Of a stretch of DNA of 64,000 nt, positions 1-8,676 are shown one piece after another. The stretch is from the sequence record ON529857.1; one strand, given 5' to 3'. How positions within the stretch are numbered: position 1 is the stretch's first letter; every line of letters begins with the position of its first letter. The position numbers were made by a program, and so were the translations under genes. Below the pieces are notes generated by a model that worked only from the letters and a program-made list of their open reading frames with translations, had not been told where the DNA came from and made no database searches.

Positions 1-1
1 C

Positions 2-154
2 GTCTACCGAACCCTCAGCACCATACTCGCCCGCGAACAGAACGCCGCAGGTGTACCCCTCGTCTTCGGGAGGGGACTTGATGAAGATGGGAAACGCCTC
101 GTGGGTTTCGACGTCAACTGCGACATCGCCCGTGACGTCGATAAACGCGGCCAT
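2..154 (-). CDS. hypothetical virion-module protein, partial (runs off window start)
   Basis: ATG at 154 just after the stop of 158..529; reads MAAFIDVTGDVAVDVETHEAFPIF... open to the edge. Confidence 0.6.
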   Translation of the reverse strand, partial: MAAFIDVTGDVAVDVETHEAFPIFIKSPPEDEGYTCGVLFAGEYGAEGSVD

Positions 155-157
155 GGG

Positions 158-529
158 TTACCGGAGACGAATCTGGATGTGATCTTGCGGGATGATGATT
201 CCCTTGCCGGCCTCGCAGGCCCGCGACGTGCGCAGGCGCCCATAGACCATCATGCGGCCCTGGGCGTCGAAGACGGCGAAATAGTTGACCTGCACCCAGT
301 CATTGAGGGCGGGTCCGAACGCCAAGGGGCCGTTCGAGGTCAGCGACGTGATCCCGGCGGCCTTTGTGGCGCTGAAAGTGATGGGTTGGCGCTCGTAGCC
401 CAACTCCGCCGCCGGCTCGACGATCTGCGAGCCGTCAGGTTCCGGCGCAGACGCCAGCAATCCGAGGGTCAGGTTCGGCCCCCAGAAAGCGACGATGGCG
501 TCATGCGACAGATAGGAAAGATTGGGCAC
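158..529 (-). CDS. putative virion structural protein
   Basis: 123 aa; WVQVNYFAVFDAQGRMMVYGRL resembles the 'W-T(I/V)THF-(I/L)-DA' small phage virion/tail protein family; head-tail module context. Confidence 0.6.
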   Translation of the reverse strand: MPNLSYLSHDAIVAFWGPNLTLGLLASAPEPDGSQIVEPAAELGYERQPITFSATKAAGITSLTSNGPLAFGPALNDWVQVNYFAVFDAQGRMMVYGRLRTSRACEAGKGIIIPQDHIQIRLR

Positions 530-547
530 GAGCGCGTTTCCCGAAGA

Positions 548-1012
548 TTACTTCTTGGCGCGACCGCGACGGGCCGGGCGAGCCGGTGCGGCGTCGTCTT
601 CGGCGGCCGGTTCGGCATCAGCCGGATCGTCCAGGTCCGAAGCGTCGACGGCTTCAACCTTCGAATAGTCCACGACCGGAGCAGCCGGAGCGGCGGCTTG
701 CTGCTGGGCGGCCGCGATCGCGGCCTGCTGCATCGCCAGTTGCTGGGCGACTTGCTGCTGCTGCGCCAGAAGCGCGGCGTTGGCGCCGTCGTTGGTCGAA
801 GTCTTCTGACCCTGAGCGGCGTCCAGAACCTTCTGCGAAGGCGACGGACCTTCCGGCACATGGGCGGTCGCGAACGGCGCATAATGGTTCGGCGACGCCT
901 TCACGCCGGGAATCCAGGAATAGCCGCAGCCGTTGACAAGGTCACGGGCGTTGGCGCGGGTGTGCATCTCGGCTTCGCCCGACGGGCTGTAGACGACGAC
1001 GGAGTTCGACAT
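548..1012 (-). CDS. hypothetical protein, Ala/Gln-rich with acidic and basic C-terminus
   Basis: 154 aa ORF with biased codon usage, upstream purine-rich RBS. Confidence 0.7.
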   Translation of the reverse strand: MSNSVVVYSPSGEAEMHTRANARDLVNGCGYSWIPGVKASPNHYAPFATAHVPEGPSPSQKVLDAAQGQKTSTNDGANAALLAQQQQVAQQLAMQQAAIAAAQQQAAAPAAPVVDYSKVEAVDASDLDDPADAEPAAEDDAAPARPARRGRAKK

Positions 1013-1159
1013 AGGTCGGGTGGTCCTGTTTCGGGGGAGTTAGGCGGGGATGAAAAAGAGCGCAGGGGCACCCGCGCGAGCCCAAAACTTGTGACACGAA
1101 TCGTCCTCGAAGTCAAGATTTTCAACTTGACAAGCCAGGATTCACGTCACTGAGAAAAC

Positions 1160-1760
1160 AATCCACAGACGGGCTTATCTGTGGATAACTGACGATGTGT
1201 CGTTGACCCGTCACATCGACCCGGCTACACGTTCGTCATCGCTTCGGTAACGGAGCGGTCGGCGACCGGGCCTCGGCCCCTAGCCGGGGTTTCTCGACTT
1301 TCCTCAACCTTCGGGAAGAGGACGGCGGGAAACTGGAGAACCAACCGGCGGGGTGACCCGCAGGACCTGGCCGTGGACACGAACCTTCAGACTGCCGCAG
1401 TCTTGAGTCGGTCCTCAGGGATTGGACGGTGCCCAGCAAAGCGTCGTCACGATTTTCTCCGCGAGCCGTCCGCAGCAATGCGCCGGTTCGTCCAGAGACC
1501 TACATCGGTCGACTTGCCTCCACGGGTTTTAGCCGGCCGATATGGTAGAGACGGAACACCGGGTCACACCGGACCGCTTACCGCCGGAACGGCTTCACCG
1601 TGGTGACACGGAATGCCCAACCGGACGACCCTTCCGGGAAACCGAGGAGGACCTCGTTCTCTCCCGGCCTAATCGTAAGAGATGGTCGGACAGTTAGGTC
1701 AGCCAGAACCAGATCGTCGGGGAAGCCCGCCTCAATCTTCGGATCGAGGCGGGCTTTTGC
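1160..1760 (+). ncRNA. candidate large structured non-coding RNA (~600 nt)
   Basis: No credible ORF; many helices (CGATGTG/CACATCG, CCCGGCTA/TAGCCGGG, GGACGGC/GCCGTCC, GGAGAA/TTCTCC, CCGGCC/GGTCGG, GACCTA/TAGGTC), GNRA (GUGA, GCAA, GAAA, GUAA) and UUCG loops on the + strand, ending in a +-strand terminator. Confidence 0.6.
1723..1758 (+). terminator. intrinsic terminator, + strand
   Basis: AAGCCCGCCTC...cTTCGg...GAGGCGGGCTT followed by TT; no U-tract in the minus direction. Confidence 0.7.
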
Positions 1761-1762
1761 AT

Positions 1763-2698
1763 TTAGGCCTCGACGGTGAAAGACAGCTCCACCGGCGGAG
1801 ACGTGCGCGTGCGCGTTTCCGCCTTCAGGGTCACGATGAAATCGCCGCCCGAGAAACCCTTGCGGTAGAACGACAGTCTCTGGATGTTCTGATAGACATA
1901 GCCGTCGGTGGTTCCGTCGGTGATGTCGATCCCTTCCGCCGGATTCTCCAGGTGAACCTTTCCGGCCGCATCCGTGCGCAGCGTCAGGACCAGATCGGAT
2001 TCCGGCGCCTTGCCCGTCACCGTCAAGGTGATGGTATAGAGGTCCGTCAACACCTTGCCGGACGTCTTGTCGGTCAAGCCGATGCTGAAAGGGATGATCC
2101 AGTCCCGTCCCGCCGCCTGGGGCAGGGCGTAAACGCCTTCCACCGGCTGCACGACCGTCAGATCGTTTGGATAACGGGCCGCAGCCGCCAGCTCGATCTC
2201 GCCGTTGGTGGCCGTCGTCATCCCGCCGACCGGATTGCCGGAGCCGTGCGTCAGGTAGCCGTCCGGGGTCTTGAACGACGGCTCGACATCTTCGGCCGTC
2301 GTCGGCGCGGTCAACTCCGCAGCCGGGACGACCGCCGTCGTGAAGGTCGTTTCAACCGTCTCGCCACCATAGACGGCCTGGACCGTAAACGAAATCGGAC
2401 CAGGAGCATCCGCTTCCGTCCCGCCGGCGACGATGCGGGACCCCGCCAAAGCCAGCAGTCCTCCGGCCGCGTCCGTCAGCGAAAGCGACGCTTCAGGAAT
2501 CGAGACGTAGACCTCGCCCACGGGCGCGTCCATCGCCGAGCCGGCGACCAGGGTGCCACCGCTGTAGAAGAGTTGGAGAGGCAGGGCGCGGCCCTGGGCT
2601 CCGGCGCCCGACATGCCGCCCGTGATGCGGCGCGGAAGCGGATCGCCTGGGGAGCTCTTGACGCGAGCGAGGAGATTGATCTTGCGAGTGATAGCCAT
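1763..2698 (-). CDS. putative virion structural protein, beta-rich (Ig-like?)
   Basis: 311 aa, Thr/Val/Gly-rich, downstream of capsid genes. Confidence 0.6.
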   Translation of the reverse strand: MAITRKINLLARVKSSPGDPLPRRITGGMSGAGAQGRALPLQLFYSGGTLVAGSAMDAPVGEVYVSIPEASLSLTDAAGGLLALAGSRIVAGGTEADAPGPISFTVQAVYGGETVETTFTTAVVPAAELTAPTTAEDVEPSFKTPDGYLTHGSGNPVGGMTTATNGEIELAAAARYPNDLTVVQPVEGVYALPQAAGRDWIIPFSIGLTDKTSGKVLTDLYTITLTVTGKAPESDLVLTLRTDAAGKVHLENPAEGIDITDGTTDGYVYQNIQRLSFYRKGFSGGDFIVTLKAETRTRTSPPVELSFTVEA

Positions 2699-2743
2699 GA
2701 TGCGTCCTTTTCATGATGGCGTATGGTGGTTAACCACCTGGAT

Positions 2744-2778
2744 AAAGAAAAAGGGCCGCCCCTTTCGAGGCGGCCCTT
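2744..2778 (-). terminator. intrinsic terminator after capsid operon
   Basis: Minus strand AAGGGCCGCC-(GAAA loop)-GGCGGCCCTT followed by TTTCTTT. Confidence 0.85.
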
Positions 2779-2805
2779 CATGTTTCCCGGACCGGGAGGC
2801 CTGGA

Positions 2806-3240
2806 TTAGGCCTTCGAGTTCGGAGCCGCGAACGCGTAGTACGAGACCGAAGCGCCCGAACCCAGTTCGGCGTAGATGCGGATGCCAGCGGCATCGTCAT
2901 CAGCAGCCTTCAGGGTGGCCGGGTCGAACTTCAGCACGACCACGCTGCCGATCAGGGCAGCGGCGTCGATCGAACCGCCGGGGGCGTCGACCGGGTTGGC
3001 GCCGGCGGCGTCAACGGTCTGAACCTTCAGGGCGGCGTCGCCGGTGGCAGCGTCGACGACGACGATGACGTCGAACGGCGTCTGGCCGTACATGTTCTTC
3101 AGATCGCCGCGACCGGCGGTCAGACGGTGCAGGTCAACGACCTGGCCGCCAGCAGCCGAAGCCGCCACAGCGGTGGCGCGATCCGAAAGGCTACGCAGCG
3201 CCAGGAGGGCGTCGTAACCGTGCTTGATCTTGGAGTTCAT
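2806..3240 (-). CDS. putative head decoration / minor capsid protein
   Basis: 144 aa directly downstream of the major capsid gene; beta-rich, Ala-rich. Confidence 0.6.
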   Translation of the reverse strand: MNSKIKHGYDALLALRSLSDRATAVAASAAGGQVVDLHRLTAGRGDLKNMYGQTPFDVIVVVDAATGDAALKVQTVDAAGANPVDAPGGSIDAAALIGSVVVLKFDPATLKAADDDAAGIRIYAELGSGASVSYYAFAAPNSKA

Positions 3241-3280
3241 CTCAGAGATGTCCTTAGAAGGTGGTGGTGTTGTGGAAAGC

Positions 3281-3302
3281 CGGGGTGACCGAAGTCACCC
3301 CG
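3281..3302 (-). terminator. UUCG hairpin between capsid and decoration genes (attenuator or mRNA stabiliser)
   Basis: CGGGGTGAC-TTCG-GTCACCCCG on minus strand, weak U-tract. Confidence 0.55.
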
Positions 3303-3315
3303 TTGGGGTCACCGC

Positions 3316-4251
3316 TTACGCGGTCACCGCCGCCTTCTTGATGCCCCAGACGCGAGCGGCGGCGCGGCCCGACAGCACCGCGAGGCTGATCAGCCACTCG
3401 ATGCGGGTGCGGTAAACCGGCTTGTCGTTGACCTGACCCAGGTCGTCGACTTCCATCACGCCGTTTTGCAGGCCGATGACGCCCGAGTCGCCCACGTTCA
3501 CGACGTAGATCGAGGTGCCAACGGGAGCGCCGCCACCGGGGCAGGCTTCGTTGAAGTCGATCACTTGCGTGTTCGTGTCGTCGTAGTCGGTGGTCAGGAT
3601 CGGCAGGTCGTTATAGAACGCGACGCGCGTTCCATATTCGTCCTTGTCCCAGGTGATGAAGCCGGCGACCGAAGTCTGGCGCGAAGCGGCCGACAGCAGG
3701 TTGCGCATGCGCTTCGACATGATCAGGTGCGTGGCGCCGTCGACAGCGTCGATGGCTTCGTCCAGCACTTGCAGCGACAGAGCGTCACCGCCAGCGGTGG
3801 CGCCGGCCGGGATCAGCTGATCGCCGACGATGCGCTTGCGCAGGCCGTCGAATTCACGCGGATCGGCTTCCGAGTCGCCGTTGATGATCTTGCCGGCCAG
3901 GAAGAGCGACAGGGCCTTGACCTTCATCTTTTCCTGCATGGTGCGGATGTTCGCGCCATGAGTACGGATGAGGGCCTTATCGACGTCCAGGTCGCCGCCG
4001 ACGATCTTCAGAACTTCGACTTGCGAGTTGATGACGCCGACGCCGTTCCCGTACGCTTCGTTGAAGCCACGGAAAGCCACGCCAGGCAGCTGACCTTCTT
4101 GGGTGTAGGTGTACGAACCACCCGGCACGTCCATGAAGGGGAGGACCTTCAGGAGGTCCGGATAAGCGAACAGCTCGATGATCGCCGAGCGCTTCACTTC
4201 GTCGTTGCCCATAGCCAGGTCAGAGGCTTCGAGCAGGGTCAAGGCAGCCAT
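3316..4251 (-). CDS. major capsid protein (HK97-fold)
   Basis: 311 aa; YTQEGQLPGVAFRGFNEAY, INGDSEADPREFDGLRKRI and YRTRIEWLISLAV patterns typical of this capsid family; follows scaffold. Confidence 0.85.
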   Translation of the reverse strand: MAALTLLEASDLAMGNDEVKRSAIIELFAYPDLLKVLPFMDVPGGSYTYTQEGQLPGVAFRGFNEAYGNGVGVINSQVEVLKIVGGDLDVDKALIRTHGANIRTMQEKMKVKALSLFLAGKIINGDSEADPREFDGLRKRIVGDQLIPAGATAGGDALSLQVLDEAIDAVDGATHLIMSKRMRNLLSAASRQTSVAGFITWDKDEYGTRVAFYNDLPILTTDYDDTNTQVIDFNEACPGGGAPVGTSIYVVNVGDSGVIGLQNGVMEVDDLGQVNDKPVYRTRIEWLISLAVLSGRAAARVWGIKKAAVTA

Positions 4252-4612
4252 TGGCTGTCTCCTCTAGGTTTCATGGTGGTCGTGTTCAGGGAGGCGGCCC
4301 CCGCCTCGGGCTCCCCCTCGGACCGACCACCGTCAGCACCCGAGGGAATATTTTTGAGTCACCTTTTCCGAAGAAACGTGACTCAATTCTGTGCGGATCG
4401 CCCCATGGCGCTCGACGCGAAAGTGGTTGCCCGTTCGGGCGAAATCTGTGACGGCTTTTGACGAGAGCCGACCAACTCGGGGCCTGGAGTAGAAAGGAGG
4501 AAACACCTCCAAGCCCGGTCGACCTGAATGAACAGGCCTAGACATGACGGGGTCATACCCGACGCTTTAGGTCCGCCGACCAACCCCTTGGCGGAGGGGA
4601 TTTCCGTGCGTC

Positions 4613-5407
4613 TTACAGACGCGAAGCGCGATCGCCGTTCGCCAGGGCCAGCTTGTCGGCCGCCGACAGGTTGCGCATCTCGGCCTGGGTCTTGCCCAGA
4701 GCGCCGCGCTGCCCGCCGTCCGCACCGCCGCCAGCCGCGCCGCCGCCGTGAGTGCCCTTGAAGTAGTGAGGCGCTTCGTCCTTCAGCTTCAGAATCCACT
4801 CCTTGGGCGTCAGCGGCGAGCCGCCGTCAGCACCGTACAGTTGCAGATCGCCCTGGTAGGCCAGAACGCGACCATCATCGCCGGCGCGCCAGACTTCCGT
4901 CGCGCGGTGCAGGATGTCGCGGACGGCCGCCGGAGCGACGCCCAGTTCCGGGTCGATCAGAGCGTCCTTGATGGCGGTATTCACCAGGGTGCGCTTGTAA
5001 GTCGATTCCAGATCGGTGGCCTTGGTCTTCCAGTTGGCGCCTTCCTTCTGGGCGGCGCGAATCTGGTCCTCCAGGACCTTCTTCATATCTTCGGTCCGGC
5101 GGATCACTTCTTCTTCGATCCGGCGGCTGTCGGTCAGCTGACCATCCTTCACGCGCTGCGACGTCGCGCGCAGTTCAGTCAGGTCGTTGACAAAGGCGGT
5201 GGGGTCTTCGCCGACGATCGGCTCCAGCGTCTCCACCTTCTTCTTCAGCTCGTCGCGTTCCTTGACGAGCGTGATGTTGGTCTCGCGAAATTCGTCCAGT
5301 TTTTCCTGGGCGACGAGGTTGATTTGGACCTTGTCCCCATCAGCCTTGGCATAGCTGCGGAGCGGCTCCGGAATCTGATCCAGAGTGTCGAAAGTGCAAA
5401 TGGGCAT
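4613..5407 (-). CDS. capsid scaffolding protein
   Basis: Start MPICTF at 5407; coiled-coil, EAPHYFK then Gly-rich linker and short C-terminal helix; directly upstream of capsid gene. Confidence 0.75.
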   Translation of the reverse strand: MPICTFDTLDQIPEPLRSYAKADGDKVQINLVAQEKLDEFRETNITLVKERDELKKKVETLEPIVGEDPTAFVNDLTELRATSQRVKDGQLTDSRRIEEEVIRRTEDMKKVLEDQIRAAQKEGANWKTKATDLESTYKRTLVNTAIKDALIDPELGVAPAAVRDILHRATEVWRAGDDGRVLAYQGDLQLYGADGGSPLTPKEWILKLKDEAPHYFKGTHGGGAAGGGADGGQRGALGKTQAEMRNLSAADKLALANGDRASRL

Positions 5408-5524
5408 TACTGAGTTGTTTCTCTTGCGCCCTGGACCCCAGGGCATGGCGCTACGACCCGTGCGTCGCGAGATGATTTTACGGTGGGACCGGCTTCGGGG
5501 CCGTTCTCCTTCGGGATGACGCGG

Positions 5525-5553
5525 ACCCTATCAAAAAAGATTGGAAATGTCAA
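5525..5553 (-). promoter_or_regulatory. sigma70-type promoter for scaffold/capsid operon
   Basis: TTGACA-17 nt-TAGGGT on minus strand. Confidence 0.65.
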
Positions 5554-5627
5554 GAATCTCCTCAATTAAGTATTGACTGCCAGGATTCACGGCGCTACTG
5601 ATTGGGGTTTGCCCAAAGAGTGGCCCC

Positions 5628-6200
5628 TTAGGAAGGCAGTTGTTTCTTCTGGGTCTTGACAGTATTGCGCGACTTCCGTTCAATGACGAAGCCGTAACGC
5701 GCCATATCCGAGGCGCTCTTTTCCTTGTGGCAGGGATCGGTGCAGAGTATCTGGACGTTCTCTGGTTCCCAGAATGACCAATCGCCAAATGCCAGGAACA
5801 ACGGCACTACGTGATCTGCTTGCCATTTATCCGACAAGCGATTCCATACCTTCCCACACTTAGCACATTTACCTTCGTCCCGCAAGAAGACATGCTGGCG
5901 CATCACCTTCGGATCGGAACGGAGCAAGTATTGGTTCACGCACGTCTGGCCGCACCAAGAACGGCGCAGATTCAACGTCACGCCGTCTACTTTAAAAATC
6001 TTCACGCCACACCACCGGCAGTGTCCGGGCGGCTGACGCGTGATTTTCGATGGGTGGGTGCGGTGGTTGTAGGACACAGGCAGTTTGGACCCGCGCGGTT
6101 TCTTTGACCGACGCGGTCGGCGCGACGCACGGCGTCGGCGGGTAATCGTATTGGCGGTCGTCTTCGGGGGAGATGCGCGCCGCTTTGGGCGGCGGGCCAT
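5628..6200 (-). CDS. HNH endonuclease
   Basis: CAKC...DHVVP...NVQILC...CHKEK motif plus N-terminal CRWC/WCGQTC; lower GC than neighbours; start may be GTG at 6077. Confidence 0.8.
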   Translation of the reverse strand: MARRPKRRASPPKTTANTITRRRRASRRPRRSKKPRGSKLPVSYNHRTHPSKITRQPPGHCRWCGVKIFKVDGVTLNLRRSWCGQTCVNQYLLRSDPKVMRQHVFLRDEGKCAKCGKVWNRLSDKWQADHVVPLFLAFGDWSFWEPENVQILCTDPCHKEKSASDMARYGFVIERKSRNTVKTQKKQLPS

Positions 6201-6230
6201 CAGGCGTCAGCCGGCTTTCGCCGTTCGTAT

Positions 6231-6686
6231 TCAGTCATCGGAAAAGAGGTGGCGCAGCGCCATCGCGTCCCAGTAGGCATTATGCTGGACGGCGCCTTCC
6301 AGCGAAGTCGGGTAGGATTGAACCCGCATCATCTCAAAGGTGAGGTGATGTTTGGCGACCATTTCACCAGGCCCCGTCATGAGCGCCCGGCAGAAGTAGG
6401 CGATGTCGTCCGGCCAGTCCGAGATGATGTGCGGTCGGTCATCCCCCAGAAGGTAGGCGGCGATGGTTCGCGCGGCATCCGCCGGCGTCAAACCCTTCCA
6501 GATCGACAGGTCGTCCGGAACCGATTCCAGCAGAGGTTTGACGTTCTCCTCAACCCAAGGCGTGCAGGGTTGTTCGGCCCGGTCCAGGATGATGTAAAGA
6601 GACTTGGCGCCGTCTTGCCGAATCAGCGCGAGACTGAGAAGATCACCGCCGAAGCCGTCGAACTCACAGTCGAGAAAATAGTTCAT
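6231..6686 (-). CDS. DEDDh 3'-5' exonuclease/exoribonuclease (Rv2179c-like)
   Basis: YFLDCEF (ExoI), SDWPDD (ExoII), HNAYWDA (ExoIII). Confidence 0.8.
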   Translation of the reverse strand: MNYFLDCEFDGFGGDLLSLALIRQDGAKSLYIILDRAEQPCTPWVEENVKPLLESVPDDLSIWKGLTPADAARTIAAYLLGDDRPHIISDWPDDIAYFCRALMTGPGEMVAKHHLTFEMMRVQSYPTSLEGAVQHNAYWDAMALRHLFSDD

Positions 6687-6718
6687 AGATAGATGATTCA
6701 GGTGACGTTCACGGCAGT

Positions 6719-6991
6719 TTACGTCAACTTCCCCTTCAGCGCCGCCAGGTGCGCCAGGTTGTCGTGGTGGATGCGGATGTGATCGAGGAGCGCTTCGTAG
6801 GTCGCCAGGGCCTGGAGCCGGGACGCCTCAACGTCCGAACCGGACACGCGCCCTTTCGTCGGCGTGGTCGTCATCAGCTTGACGTAAGCGTTGTGCGCCA
6901 AGGCGTATTCGTGGTTGAGCGAATCGATGTCGCGGCGAGACGCCGTGGCGTCAGCGATCGCCTTCTTGATCGCGTCTTTGCGTGCACTCAT
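6719..6991 (-). CDS. hypothetical helical protein
   Basis: Start MSARKD at 6991 overlapping previous stop; resembles 61750..61992. Confidence 0.65.
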   Translation of the reverse strand: MSARKDAIKKAIADATASRRDIDSLNHEYALAHNAYVKLMTTTPTKGRVSGSDVEASRLQALATYEALLDHIRIHHDNLAHLAALKGKLT

Positions 6992-7425
6992 AGGCGGGTG
7001 TGTTCGTCCCCATCGTCGATGTCCGGGGCCTGAACCGCTTCGACGATCTGAAACTGCGTCGTGTGCGGGAACAGCTGCGCGGCTTCTTCGGGAAGCCCTT
7101 CGAACAGCAGGTCCAACTCTTCCAGCGTCCACGGACCGTCAGGATTCCGTTCTAGGATGTCGTCTTTCGCGGCAGTCATTTCATAGCCCAGATGCGTCAG
7201 CATGAAGCGCAAGAGACCACCGGCCGGCGGCGCGACCTGGTCGGCATACTCCTCCGGAGACATATTCCAGTGCACGGCGACTTCACCCGTCACCGCCAGC
7301 GGAAAAGACCGATGCACCGGTCCTTGCGAATCAGCCAGGATAGCGGCATAGAGGTCGGGGTCCGACAGATAGAGGCCGCGCTCATCCCGCTCCTGGGCGA
7401 TCTCGGCCGGCGTCTTAGAGTCCAC
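6988..7425 (-). CDS. hypothetical acidic protein
   Basis: 145 aa, coupled to neighbours. Confidence 0.65.
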   Translation of the reverse strand: MDSKTPAEIAQERDERGLYLSDPDLYAAILADSQGPVHRSFPLAVTGEVAVHWNMSPEEYADQVAPPAGGLLRFMLTHLGYEMTAAKDDILERNPDGPWTLEELDLLFEGLPEEAAQLFPHTTQFQIVEAVQAPDIDDGDEHTRL

Positions 7426-7645
7426 GTTCGCACGCCTCCTTCAGCGCCTGGATCAGCTGGTTCGCCTGGCTCTCGTAGAGGAAGGAACGACGGGTCGCCT
7501 CAGCCGCGAGTTCATCGGGCGTCACGGTCGGTTTCATCAAATCCACCTCGGCGTAGAGCGCCTTGTAGGCCAAGGCCCAGGCGAGACGTCGGGTGGATTG
7601 GACCGGCGCGGGCCATTTCAGCAGCAGGGCGTCAACTTGCGGCAC
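7415..7645 (-). CDS. hypothetical protein
   Basis: GTG at 7645 with AAGAGG RBS. Confidence 0.55.
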   Translation of the reverse strand: MPQVDALLLKWPAPVQSTRRLAWALAYKALYAEVDLMKPTVTPDELAAEATRRSFLYESQANQLIQALKEACERGL

Positions 7646-8075
7646 GGTGGTCTTCCTCTTGCAGCGGTTCCGCGCGTGGGGCCAGGCCGGCGCGAACCTG
7701 TTCGATCCATTCCCGCCGCGCTTCGTCGGCGCTGTCACGCGCCGGAAGATACGGACGGAACCCGATCACCACAGCGGAGCCTGGCGATTCGTAGATGATC
7801 TCGACCGCATCCGCCTGAGCCAGGTCGCTTTCCAGCTCTTCCTCCGGACCGGCGATCTCCAGGATCGCCAAGGCGAGACGGCGCGCCAGCCGCCGATCGA
7901 ACAACATCTGGTTCTGCGGCGCGACGATCTCGACACAGCGTCCGTCGGGATTACCGATCGTGCGGAAGACGTGATGGAAGCGAGGGTCCATCGCCTCGGT
8001 GCAGCGCCAGACCATCAATCCGCCTTGGATCGTCCGGACGAACGCCGCATCGGGCGGCGGAACCGACTTCGTCAA
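7632..8075 (-). CDS. hypothetical protein
   Basis: 147 aa, operon-coupled. Confidence 0.65.
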   Translation of the reverse strand: MTKSVPPPDAAFVRTIQGGLMVWRCTEAMDPRFHHVFRTIGNPDGRCVEIVAPQNQMLFDRRLARRLALAILEIAGPEEELESDLAQADAVEIIYESPGSAVVIGFRPYLPARDSADEARREWIEQVRAGLAPRAEPLQEEDHRAAS

Positions 8076-8200
8076 CGCGGCGCCGTGGAGATGGTGGTGA
8101 TGGCCGAGGTGTTCATCAGCGCCGAGCGCAGCGATTCGTAACGGCGCGGAGCCAGGTAAGCCGGAACGATCGGAGCGAACAGCTTCGTCAAGGTCATCAT
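8072..8200 (-). CDS. small hypothetical protein
   Basis: MMTLTKLF start fills gap; overlaps next start. Confidence 0.4.
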   Translation of the reverse strand: MMTLTKLFAPIVPAYLAPRRYESLRSALMNTSAITTISTAPR

Positions 8201-8213
8201 GTCGGGAAGAAAC

Positions 8214-8450
8214 TCAGTTCGGGGGACGCCGTCCGCCCAGTTGCAGAAAATACAGCACGGCGCCGAAAGCGCCGACGAGACAGAAAAACGCCCCGATCGC
8301 ATGGGCGAGAGGCGTTTCTCCAGGCGCCGCATCAATATACGGCACGACGATCTGCGCGAAGACCACCATGAACCATGCGGCGACGATCAGCATCAAGCTG
8401 CGGCGCTGCGCACGGGTCACAGGCGGTCTCCCCATTTGGAGAAGGCCCAC
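8214..8450 (-). CDS. small membrane protein
   Basis: Two hydrophobic segments. Confidence 0.6.
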   Translation of the reverse strand: MGLLQMGRPPVTRAQRRSLMLIVAAWFMVVFAQIVVPYIDAAPGETPLAHAIGAFFCLVGAFGAVLYFLQLGGRRPPN

Positions 8451-8638
8451 TCTGCGAGGAGATAAAGGCCTGCCGCCGCGTTGGGGATCACGGCGCCGAC
8501 TGTCATCGGCAAGAACGTCAACCTGAGATCATGATGCCACAAAGCGTATGGCAACGCCAGAATTCCCCCGACGATCGCGCCGAGAAACGCCAACCCCACC
8601 ACCCCGCCGACAATGGCGAGCGCAACGAGCCAGTTCAT
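8417..8638 (-). CDS. small membrane protein
   Basis: MNWLVAL start; two or three hydrophobic segments. Confidence 0.6.
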   Translation of the reverse strand: MNWLVALAIVGGVVGLAFLGAIVGGILALPYALWHHDLRLTFLPMTVGAVIPNAAAGLYLLAEWAFSKWGDRL

Positions 8639-8676
8639 CGTGCCGCCCCAGCTATGCCCGAAGCCTGACGCGTCCA

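Noticed and set aside
1127-1132. TTGACA as the + strand promoter of the RNA candidate
   Set aside because: No acceptable -10 at the right spacing; it overlaps the GCCAGGATTCAC motif and may belong to the minus-strand late element, so the RNA's promoter is left unassigned.
1280-1306. RNase P-like words on the minus strand (GAGGAAAGTC next to AAACCCCGGCTA)
   Set aside because: The two conserved regions are adjacent instead of ~300 nt apart, P4 cannot form, and loop and terminator polarity favour the + strand.
1270-1390. tmRNA or tRNA (GGGGCCGA; GGTTCGTGTCC on minus strand)
   Set aside because: No acceptor stem, T-arm or CCA could be built. I found no convincing tRNA anywhere in the window.
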